From Macrostomum lignano (taxonomy: Eukaryota), in assembly GCA_002269645.1 (NCBI GenBank), contig NIVC01000237.1:529153-593152 (forward strand): 64,000 bases of DNA, in the 5' to 3' direction. Made by a program: the position numbers and the translations under genes. This document shows positions 14,211 to 25,315 of the stretch, piece after piece (within the stretch, counting starts at the first letter, position 1; every line of letters starts with the position of its first letter). The notes beneath the pieces are model-generated. The model was given only the letters and a program-made list of their open reading frames with translations. It had not been told where the DNA came from and did not search any database.

Positions 14211-14772
14211 AGTTGGATTCTGAGTAGAGACTGACATGCAAGATAGTATGATTTTTAAATAAAATTATACAGATTACGATCTAAAGTTTTTGATAGTGGT
14301 TTTCTTGATTAAGTAGTCAGTGGTTACTATAATTGGTTAGAGGTAGCATATGCATATATTACAAACATTATTGTATTGAACCTTAAATAGTCATCTATAT
14401 AAGTTTAATAGATACCTATTTAAAACCTATAGTAAGAAAGATGTCCTCTATAACTAGTATGGAAAATTCTAGTGCATACAAGGTGTCCTTAATACACTTG
14501 ATATAAATCATAGCATATTCTGAGTTCCTTAAGGAATTTGGCAAATAAAACTTTTGGTAAATATGAAATATAGCAAATTTGACATAAAATATAGTACTAA
14601 TATTTGTTAATCTAACTTGAAATTTTAAATGTTTGGCTTTAATTTCTATTATATAGTTTTTAAAGGTTAGGTCATAGAAATAGTGCATGCAAATGGCACA
14701 AAGACAATGTACAAATTGTCTTCCAAAACTTTATTCTAATGCATGCTATGCTATTCTCTTGACTCACTCAAG

Positions 14773-17630
14773 TAGGGTGTCCAGTGAGCCTATTTTTAGC
14801 GTGTGCAAAAACGAAAAAACGTGAAAAAGTGGTCTTCTTTAAATGGCTGTAACTTTTTTAATATGTAAGATATGGCTATGTTCTTAAATTCATTGAAAAA
14901 TAGACAAATAGATCTTTCAAACAACATATAGTTTACATGTTTAGGACATACGATTACAAAGATACAGACTGTCAAACATCGTGTACATTTTCGTACATTT
15001 TCAAAACTGTGCCGAATTTGCTTGAAAATATGGGATCGGGAGGATTTGTTTTTTAGTAAATGAGTGCATAACTGCTAAGAATGCTTGCACACTGAGTGTA
15101 GGTAACTTCCTGGAGGTCATTTTAAGTGAACTTTTTTTGTTCAAAAATATGTACATGTACATGTACATGTACATGTAAAATTTAAAATGGTCATAACTTT
15201 TGAATGGAAAGAGCGGCCACCCTAATTCTTTTTGCTACTTACTTCTAGTGACAAAATAAAACTTTTAGGCTAGACAGGATGAGTGTAACTCTTGCCGCAG
15301 TATGCTTAATGGAAATCGCCAAAATACATGCAAATCCCCATAAGGGACATAAAAATCGGGAAATTTTTGAAGCTCGAAAGAATGGCCAGTTAGTTTCTTC
15401 GATAAAATGATAGCAAAACAGGCCAAACTCTTTGTCCTAAAGGCACATCCTGGTAGCTTTTGCCGCACCAAAGTTATTAAGCATAATTGGCACAGGTGTA
15501 CATGCAAAATACACTACAGAGATAGGAAAAATGTACATTGAGGGGTTGTACATTCGAAAAGAAGTCATATATGCAATTTTTTTTAAAAATGCTAGCAGGA
15601 CTTAGGATATACTTCAACTTTTATGCATTTCTCACTAATCCATCCTTTACTTGCAGATATTGCAGATGCCAGACACGCTGCACCTACATGTATACAGTAG
15701 CTGCTATGAGCGCCTGACAAGCTCATGGTGCAGCTTTCTACACAGTCTCCTCTGATCATTCCAGCTGGGCCCGAAGATCGCGCTTCGAAGCTTCTTGAAG
15801 GCCTGCATCGGCGCCCCTCTTCTCTGAAGGGGACGAGGCAACAGCAGCAGCAGAGAAATGTTGGCAAACTGGCGTGCTGGAAGTCGACTCTGGCGCAGTT
15901 GCAGCTGGGACCACTGCAGGAAAGACAAATATCTGGTCCATGTAGATGGCCCAGGGACTCTGCTTGCCAGCAGCTTTCTCGCGCACCTTCGACCTCAACA
16001 GGTCCCGCGTTTTTTTCCTTCACTTTCGTTACTGCCTGCCACAGCCACAGGTTATAAAGTTATAAAGTACGTCTGGTTCAGTGGATACAGACAGACTGAT
16101 ACATTCTGCCAAGCTAATTTATACAGTATTAAAGCACTAAAATGGAGCAGCTGAGTAAAAGCTGAGCTGACTAAAAGGGTTCTCAGTCAATTCAGCTTCT
16201 GGCAGACAAACTGACTGGGAATGAAAACGGGAGCAGACGAATCGAGCGTCATACTCTCATAATGTACATGTACATAATACAATGTAATCACGCTGTGTAG
16301 TGTACTGCCCCCAAGATTGTTAGATTAGCTACGAGCGAGTCACCAATGCGACACTTTATCGCCGAACTGGTGTCCGTCTTAGCAAACTGTTGCGCAGTTG
16401 GCGACTCCAGTCTCCAGCTGCCAGGCCATGTCAACCAAGCTGATTCGTATTGCCCGCAGCTGGTGCTGATGCTGCTGACGCTGTAGGCACTGTAATACTG
16501 GAGAGGAAAGGCACGCACTCGCATTTTATTGACTGCCTGCCGGCTGATGCAGCTGACACCCTTGACACTGCCAATGATGCGACCTATACATTCGTGTCAA
16601 AGCCCTGAAACCCACCCTGTAACATTGTCTCGATCATGCCTGACTGGCTTGACTGTAGTAGCTACAGTTGTAGTACTGTAGTAGACTAATAGTACAATGA
16701 GAAGACCAGCACAGCAGACGAAATGTTCATTTAGATATTTGCTGACGAGCTGACTGCAGATGAATTGGTAGCAGACAAATTGACTGGATTACAACGGAAA
16801 GCTATTGTGCTGAAAAGTGGACACAGTGAACAAGTAAATGAATCAAATAATGCAGGTAAACTGTAAAGGTAGATTCAATTGCTGAATTCGGGCATGGCCT
16901 TTTCAAAAATGAAAGTACATGATTTAGTAACATATTACTTAGTAAAGCATTGATTCATTACATTACAATTGTCAGATGGACTACAAAAAAGTTTTTAATG
17001 ACTTTAGCATGAAGATAGAAGATAAGGATTGACAGGAGCTACATCGATTTTTGACAACCAGAGTGGTACTTTAGAAGACCCATTTTCATGGAAATAATGG
17101 TCAACTATTTGCATACTACTTATAGTAGAAAGTCAAAAATCTTACTAATTATAGTATACAAGTATTACTTTAACATGAAAGTAATACAAATTAAGGTTAA
17201 TAGAAAGAATACCATGATAAAGCCAAAAAGTGGTACTCTAGAAAAAAAAGTTTTCTTCCCTTTTTCTGTCTTAATCCCCAGATATCTGCATATATAGAAC
17301 AGTAAATATGTACAAAAATATCAGAAAATGTTATGGTAACAAAAATCTACAAAATAACACCTAAAACACTAAAATCGGTTATGAAATAAAAAAGTTACAG
17401 ACATTTTACTGCAAAAAACATGCTTTTTTGCCCAAAAATGGCACAGTTTTTAGTGTATTTGAGATAGGAAAAAAACACCATTTTTTCGAAATGAAAAACT
17501 TCATAACTTTTTTATTACTTGATCAATTTTTAAAAGTCTAGTGTCATTTCACTCATAATACCCAGGGCTGCAATATGGCTTGATTAAAAATTTGGATTTT
17601 GAAAAAAAAATTTTCTCACTGGACCCCCTA
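14773..17630 (-). mobile_element. Non-autonomous hAT-type (hATw-like) DNA transposon, deletion derivative
   Basis: Left TIR TAGGGTGTCCAGTGAG starts at 14773. Right TIR CTCACTGGACCCCCTA ends at 17630. Perfect 7-bp TSD ACTCAAG at 14766-14772 and 17631-17637. Internal minus ORF 15756-15998 (AAGKQSPWAIYMDQIFVFP ... DLRAQLE) resembles the N-terminus of the transposase at 39965 ([19 protein letters not shown] ... ELRAQLLE). Confidence 0.88.
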
Positions 17631-18731
17631 ACTCAAGTCTTTCAAGACTAAAATAAAAAATGAAGCAGAATAATATTTATTGATTTCTTCCTTGACACTA
17701 TTTAATTAAGTTAGAAAAAATAAAAAGAGCCTAGTCTATTTATTTTTGGTTGGTTGAAGGAACTTCTGATAAAATAATATAAAGGCAAAACAAATTGAGT
17801 CTTATTGTAATATTATTCTATTCCAGAAAATTTCTAGGATACAATGTATAATAATATAGAAATAGACAATAGTAGGTAAATTAAATGTAGGCCTAGCTAT
17901 TATTACAAATGAAGTTGTAAAAGATGCAGTTTAATTTATTCTTATGGTTATAGCAATAATAGATAGAGTTTACAGCAACATGGACCATAGTTAGTTATGG
18001 TTATGGACTTATGTCAATGCCAATGGTCAATTGAAATATATACAGTTTAAAAAGCCGTTAAATTATCAGGACCAAAACAGTCCTGATTTAAAACGGCTTG
18101 ATAAGCACTAACACATACGATAGTTGACTATTAAAGTACTTCAACAGAGTAGTGCTGCTCAGCAATCAGGACGTCTGGTCTTTTAAAGAAAAATGTGTGC
18201 AGCCTTAGTTCGTAGAAAATAGATTGTTTGAAATTTTATGCAAGCGTTCGATCGATACGAATATCATTTCCAAGGAAAATATTTCAAATTACATTTAACA
18301 ATTATTTTAAACAGGAAATTGTTGCAAAAAAACGAAAAAAATTATTACACTTTGTTAAAGTGTTACTTAATTTTGACAATGCATATTTACAGGAACGTGG
18401 AATGAAGATACATTTTTTATAACCCTTTGCTCCAACAAGCATTGATTGGCTTAATTTGATTATATTAGTATAGTAGTTGTGGTTTAAATTAAAATTAAAA
18501 TAAAACCTATTTCAGAAAACCTTTGAAAGTCAACTGATCTCAGTTTACTGACATATCTTGATTTATTAGTTGCCTTTTGCCCACTTTTTGTCCCACCTAG
18601 ACCTGGCCGTCTCACCGTCTGTGCTGTGCTGAAAATTAAGTTAAAAAGCTTTTGCTGTTGCCTCAACTTGGCCTTAATTTCATTGTTTTTAATCAATACC
18701 ATTGTACCATAAATTATATACATGCTAGAGA

Positions 18732-21700
18732 ATGACAGAAGAACTTGATGCTCTTAAAAAAGTTGAAGATGTTTCAGAGTGCATTAAGCAACTTGCATCA
18801 TCGAATGATCCAACAAAACTTGATGCTGCTGACAAATTGTTAAAAAAACTTGAGGATGGATCTGAGGATCTGAGAACAAGTAAGTATATATGTTTTAAAT
18901 TTACTTTTATTCCTTGGATTTTGTTTTGACTAAAGGTATATTGATTTGGGTCAACTAAGTGTTACATTGCAATCGGCAATATGCTTTATGTATTGGATAA
19001 TTTATCTAAATTCTAGGTCTGATGTAAAGTAACAACATTATTATCTTTTCTATACAACTATAGTCTATTGTTTCTTGTTGTATCTTTTTAAAATGGTGTC
19101 TAAACTTTAAATCACTAATTGATATTCCCTAAAAATTCTTGGTTAGGCCTGTGCTATAATTATCAAAACTTTAAACTTGCTTTTGATATACATTTCAACC
19201 AAGATTATGCCTAGATGCTATACTATTATACTAGAATCATAAAAGCTATTGGTAATCTTGCTATGAATCTAGGTATAATACTATAAATCCTTGTGCATAT
19301 TCTTGCTCTATATATAAATGCATCATTGAATTTTTCAGTGCCTTTAAAATCCAAACTGACCATCACCCTTATCACTTCAGAAACCAATAGGACAGTAATC
19401 ACAAAAGACTCATCAAATGGAAATGCATCAGGTATGTAATGTATTTTTCATTTAAATTCAAATTCTACTCACAGTAGTGTCGTCTGCTATTGCTTGTTAT
19501 TTCTGTAGCCAATGCCACTGAGTCGGCAGCTTTCATGCGCGAGATTGAGCGCGACGCTGCCGAGCGCGCCGATAGGCGCGAGCGAAATCGGCGCCGAGCA
19601 GCTGAATGGAAAGACCGCGGCAACGCGCAGTTCAAACTGGCCAATTATGACCAGGCCGTGGACTGCTACACCCGCGGCCTGGCCATCGCCAAAGACTTTG
19701 AGCTGCTCTATCAGAACCGAGCCAACTGTTACGTCAAGCAGGGCCGCTTCGAGGAGGCTCTGGCGGACGCCGAGGCCGCCATCTTCCTCACCAGAGAGAA
19801 ATGCGCCAAGCCGTTCTTTCACCAGGTGCGTTGCAGATCTGAGCCTACAAATTTATGTGGCCGCGCCACGCAATCGAAACCAGGGATTTTTACTATGAGG
19901 GTTCCGATCCGATGAGAGTAGAATACATGTAAATGTGAGATCTTCCGGAGAAAGTAGAATAGATGTAAGATCTACCAGAGAGAGTAGAATAGATGTGAGA
20001 TCTACCGGAGAGAGTAGAATAGATGCAGGATCTGCCGGAGAGAGTAGAATAGATGTAAGATCTACCGGAGATAGTAGAATAGATGTAAGATCTACCGGAG
20101 AGAGTAGAATAGATGTAATATCTACCGCAGAGAGTAGAATAGATGTAAGATCTACCGGAGAGAGTAGAATAGATGTAAGATCTACCGCAGAGAGTAGAAT
20201 AGATGTGAGATCTACCAGAGAGAGTAGAATAGATGTGAGATCTACCAGATAGAGTAGAATAGATGTGAAATCTACCGGAGAGAGTAGAATAGATGTGAGA
20301 TCTACCAGAGAGAGTAGAATAGATGTGAGATCTACCGGAGAGAGTAGAATCAAAGCGGCTAAATCAAAGAGCTTCTCAACCGCCATCCAAGGCCAAGGCT
20401 CTAACCGGTTTAAACCGGCTGTCCGAGGCCCGCGAGGCCTACAGCCGAATGTCATCCTGTTCGGACGCGGCTCCCGGCCACGCCGATCGCTGCCTGGCCG
20501 ACCTGGACCGGCTGTCGGCGGCTCGCGAAGCCGAAGCTCGCGCCCTGGAGGAGTTCAGCAGCGGCGGAGGGAACTCAGTGGAGATGCTGATCTACCGGCT
20601 GGCCAGGGGCGACCAGCCGACCGCCTACTACGCCGCCGGGATGCGCTGCCTCGCCGCGCTGCTAGTTGGCGCCAATGAGCGCGCCCTATTCCGAGCTAAG
20701 AGCGGCTTCAGCCTGCTGAATAAGCAGCAGGTGGTGGTCACTACGCTGGCCGTTCCGCTCGAGAGCATGACTGATGCTCAGGTGGGCATTGTTTATCCAG
20801 ATTAGGGTCGCGTCAAAAAAGGTCACAGATATTGTCGGGTCAAATAAGGTCACGGATACGGTTAGGTCAAGTCAGATACCATAAAATACGAGATATCGTC
20901 GCTTCAAGTCACAAACTGATGGGGTTAGGCCAGATTAAATAATCACAGGTAGGGTTAAGTAGCCAGGGAGAAAAGTCTCAGAAGTATAGTATATCCAGAT
21001 CAAATAATGTCACGAAAATCGTTAGGTCAAATAAGGTCACGAAAATGGTTAGGTCAAATAAGGTCACGAAATATGGTTAGGTCAAATAAGGTCACGAAAT
21101 ATGGTTAGGTCAAATAAATTCAGGAAAATGGTTAGGTCAAATAAGGTCAAGAATATGGTTAGGTCAAATAAGGTCAAGAATATGGTTAGGTCAAATAAGG
21201 TCACGAAAATGGTTAGGTCAAATAATGTCACGAATATGGTTAGGTCAAATAAGGTCACGAAAATGGTTAGGTTAAATAAGGTCACGAAAATGGTTAGGTC
21301 AAATAAGGTCTCGAATAGGGTTAGGCCAAAGCCAGGTCATGCGATACGATCAGGTCCGGCCTTCCCTCTCCTCAGCTGGATCTGCTCACCGCCTCACTGA
21401 TTCTGGCCGCCACCGTGGCCGAGGAGGACTCTGAGAACTGCCACCAGCTGGCCCAGCTGAGCAAGCCCGGCCAGCTCGCCGCCCGCGCTGTCGATGTTGT
21501 CGCCTTCAACGGCGCTTCGCCATCCGCCTCGGCTGCTCGCCAGGCCGCGCTGGACGCCCTGTCGAAGATCGGGCAGCTCGCCTGCGACCGCCTCTGCGGC
21601 TGCTGCGCCGAACCAGCCGGTCTGGTGGCTGCCCTGCTGCGCCAGACTCAGCGCCAGGCGGCCCAGACGGCGCTGGCATCGGCGCACCTGTTCAGCCAGC

Positions 21701-23644
21701 TGGCCGGCTGCGTCCGGCTCCGGGAGCGGCTGGAGCGGGCGGCGCCGAACGCCTTGGCTGGCATCGCCCAGGCCGGCGAATCGTTGGTGTCCGCCGGCGC
21801 CTCGGAGAGTCTGGCCGCCTTCTGCATGGCCGTTGAAGCGCTTCGCCGATTGATGGCCGGCTGTCGGCCTCTGCGGCAGGCCGCCGCCGCAAGACGGGCT
21901 TTCCTGACCGCCTGCTGCACCGCCTTGGAGCGGTACGCGCCGGACAAAGAAGAGGACTGCGGAGGCGAGGTGAGCAGATTGTGCTGAGTCAGAATGGGTC
22001 AGTCTGGGTCAGGTTAGTTCATTCTGAGTCAGGTTGGGTCAGGTTGGGTCAGGTTGGGTCATTCTAAGTCAGGTTGGGTCAGGTTAGGTCATTCTGATTC
22101 AGGTTAGGCCATTCTGAGTCAGATTGGGTCATTCTGATTCAGGTTGGGTCATTCTGAGTCAGGTTGGGTTTGTCTGAGTCAGGTTGGGTCAGTCTGGGTC
22201 AGGTTGGTTAATTCTGAATCAGGTTAGGTCATTCTGATTCAGGTTGGGTCATTCTGATTCAGGTTGGGTCATTCTGAGTCAGGTTGGGTTTGTCTGAGTC
22301 GGGTTGGGTCAGTCTGGGTCAGGTTGGTTAATTCTGAATCAGGTTAGGTCATTCTGATTCAGGTTGGGTCATTCTGATTCAGGTTGGGTCATTCTGATTC
22401 AGGTTGGGTCATTCTGAGTCAGGTTGGGTTTGTCTGAGTCGGGTTGAGTCAGTCTGAGTCAGGTTGGTTAATTCTGAGTCAGGTTAGGTCATTCTGATTC
22501 AGGTTGGGTCATTCTGAGTCAGGTTGGGTTTGTCTGAGTCAGGTTGGGTCAGTCTGGGTCAGGTTGGTTAATTCTGAGTCAGGTTGGGTCAGTCGGGGTC
22601 AGGTTGGGTCATTCTGAGTCAGGTTGGGTCATACTGAGTCAGGTTGGGTCATTCTGAGTCAGGTTGGGTCATTCTGAGTCAGGTTGGGTCATTCTGAGTC
22701 AGGTTGGGTCATTCTGAGTCAGGTTGGGTCATTCTGAGTCAGGTTGGGTCATTCTGAGTCAGGTTGGGTCATTCTGAGTCAGGTTGGGTCATTCTGAGTC
22801 AGGTTGGGTCAGTCTTGGTCAGGTCGAACTACCATTACTATTGGACGTGTGGGTCATAGTGTTTCTGATTGGGTCAGATTGGGTCAAGCTTGGATTTTTG
22901 AGTTTGGTTTCAAGAGTCGAGTTTGCTCGAGCTGGGTCAGGCCAGGTGTCAATTGGTCAATCCGATCCGCCACCGCAGCTGCAGCAGTCGGCCGCGGCCG
23001 AAGTGGCCGCCCTGCTCGCCTCGGCCAGTCTGGAGGCCACCCCGGCCGTGTCCGGCGCCGCCGTCAGGCTGGGCGAGCTGGCGCTGCGCCTGGCCAGCCG
23101 GCCGTCCGTGGCGCCGCAGCTGCGCGAGTTCAGCCTGGCGCTGCTGGCCACTCTGGCGCCGCGCTCAGTAGAGCTGGCGCGCCAGATCGGCGCCGGTAGC
23201 TGGGCGCCAAGCCTGCTTAGCCTGTCGGCGCGCGTGCTGGCCAGCCCGGACCACCCGTGCGCAGCTTCGGTTCTGCGCGTCCTGGCCGCTGTGCTGGCGG
23301 CCCAGCCGGAGGCGCGCGGCCAAGTAGGCGACGATCCGCAGTGGCTGGAGCTGCTGCTGGAGCTGCTGCACTCGCGGGCCGACTGCCTGCTGGGCAACGC
23401 GGCGCTCTGCCTGAGCCACTGCATCGAGGACACGGCGGCTGCCGAGCTGCTGGCCCGCACCGACATTGTCCGCCTGCTGCTCTGCCGCATGCGCGACTGC
23501 CGCGAGCGCGAGGCCAAGGCCAACTGCGCCATCCTGTGCGGCAAGCTGGCGCAGGCGCACCACGGACACAGGGAGCGGCTGGGACAGCTGGATGGGATTA
23601 ATATCCTCAACTCTGTCATCACCTGTAATAATATCAAACTATAA
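18732..23644 (+). CDS. TTC12: Tetratricopeptide repeat protein 12 (TPR + ARM; dynein-arm assembly factor), 6 exons, about 721 aa
   Basis: Exons 18732-18879, 19381-19431, 19509-19825, 20392-20781, 21376-21969, 22979-23644 are phase-compatible (2166 nt). Motifs FMREIERDAAERADRR, WKDRGNAQF..NYDQAVDCYT.GL (TPR), YYAAGM, LLGNAALCL and NCAILCGKL..L.GINILNS match recalled TTC12. The exon-6 acceptor is the least certain boundary. Confidence 0.9.
19915..20352. repeat. Intronic minisatellite, 30-bp unit (AGAGAGTAGAATAGATGTAAGATCTACCGG)
   Basis: About 14 copies in TTC12 intron 3. Confidence 0.95.
20995..21325. repeat. Intronic minisatellite, 27-bp unit (GGTTAGGTCAAATAAGGTCACGAAAAT)
   Basis: About 12 copies in TTC12 intron 4. 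Confidence 0.93.
21985..22822. repeat. Intronic minisatellite, 20-bp unit (GTCAGGTTGGGTCATTCTGA)
   Basis: About 40 copies in TTC12 intron 5, beginning within about 15 nt of the donor. Confidence 0.95.
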
Positions 23645-23694
23645 CTTCCGCTTTTTGAATTCCCCAAATTTTCAAATCTTCCGTAACTTTTCCC

Positions 23695-24345
23695 AATCTA
23701 AGTTCTCTCAAATTGGGATTTCTTGCTTGGTCTGCAGTTTTCCCTATTGGAATTCTCCCAGTTTGGGATTTCTTGCTTGGTCTGCAGTTCTCCCCATTGG
23801 AATTCTCCCAGTTTGGGATTTCTTGCTTGGTCTGCAGTTTTCCCTATTGGAATTCTCCCAATTTGGGGTTTCTTGCTTGGCCTGCAGTTTTCCCTATTGG
23901 AATTCTCCCAATTTGGGGTTTCTGGCTTGGCCTGCAGTTTTCCCTATTGGAATTCTCCCAATTTGGGATTTCTTGCTTGGTCTGCAGTTTTCCCTATTGG
24001 AATTCTCCCAATTTGGGATTTCTTGCTTGGCCTGCAGTTTTCCCTATTGGAATTCTCCCAATTTGGGATTTCTTGCTTGGTCTGCAGTTTTCCCTATTGG
24101 AATTCTCCCAATTTGGGATTTCTTGCTTGGCCTGCAGTTTTCCCTATTGGAATTCTCCCAATTTGGGATTTCTTGCTTGGCCTGCAAGTTTTCCCTATTC
24201 AAATTCTCCTAATTTGGGATTTCTGGCTTGTTCTGCAGTTTTCCCCATTAGAATTCTCCCAATTTGGGATTTCTGGCTTAGCCTGCAGTTCTCCCCATTA
24301 GAATTCTCCCAATTTGGGATTTCTGCCTCTATCTGCAGTTTTCCC
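23695..24345. repeat. Minisatellite, 50-bp unit (AATTCTCCCAATTTGGGATTTCTTGCTTGGTCTGCAGTTTTCCCTATTGG), just 3' of the TTC12 stop
   Basis: About 13 copies with visible 50-nt periodicity. Confidence 0.95.
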
Positions 24346-25315
24346 AACTTAAAGTATAAACTCCAGCTTTCATTTTTAATTGTGGTCAGAATTATTGAGA
24401 AAAATCTGAAACCGGACATTTTCGCCTCACAACAGAAACTGCATTGATGTATGAGTAATGCTTTGTTTATGAGTACATGGAAGCCTGTCGTTTGTAAACC
24501 AAAGCTCCGTTCCACTGTCCCTCACCAGCGCATGTACTTTGACATTTTTTAATTGTTTCAATTTTTAAAATAGTTTTTATTTCTGTTTTCTTAATTGAAT
24601 TTCTTGTAAAAGATATTCTAAAAATCTAAATATTCTGAACCACGAGACGCTACTGAACACGGCACTGAGTGAGTAGTATGCCAAGTTTTACTCCACCCAG
24701 AATTGTAATAAGAAGATCACAATTTCAGCCAATGCGCGAGGGCTGCCTTCCATTCTATATTTTTTAATTCCGTACAAACTGGTCCTCCAGTCTGCCTGCC
24801 GGTCTTTAGGGGAGAAAAATCCCCCCTTCTGCTGAGCAGCGAGCTGTGGAGCCGGGAGCTGGGCGGGGATTTTTGTGCAACTAAAGCAGATCTCGCCAAG
24901 TACTGCAGGCACAATGTGGAGGGGTTGGGCAGAAGTGCAATAGAAGCAGAGATTTGCAGCCGGCAACGCCCCTTTTATTTTCTCCTGGGTAGAAAATTCA
25001 AGCCTAAGCCAAATAAGTCAAGCATTGCTTCAATTCTCCCAAAAAAGCGGCAGTTGTTCCTCTCTGCTCAGGACTCAAAATGTGAGCACTCTTAGTTGCC
25101 ATGTGCCCAGAGCCAGACTATGGAATCGTTTGGGGGAAGTGTGCTCCTCCTCCTGTGTCAGACCCGCTCCCCGCTCGTTAAAGCAGCAATAAAAGCACAC
25201 GAACTGGGATTCTTCCCCAGCCACTGCGTATAAATGCCGACCGCTGCTTGGTCGAGGCAGAAGCAGAAAGACAAACAGAAACCAGCAACAGCACCAGGGC
25301 AGAAGAGCATCAAGA

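Noticed and set aside
15140-15180. (TACATG)n palindromic microsatellite
   Set aside because: It is real but short, and TACATG motifs are scattered throughout the window, so no specific function can be supported.
23466-24515. Hydrophobic 190-250 aa ORFs after TTC12
   Set aside because: They are translations of the 50-bp array in all frames.
24420-24560. Minus-strand KVHALVRDSG..LPCTH, reminiscent of a hAT catalytic segment
   Set aside because: It is too short, has no flanking homology or TIRs, and could be a chance match.
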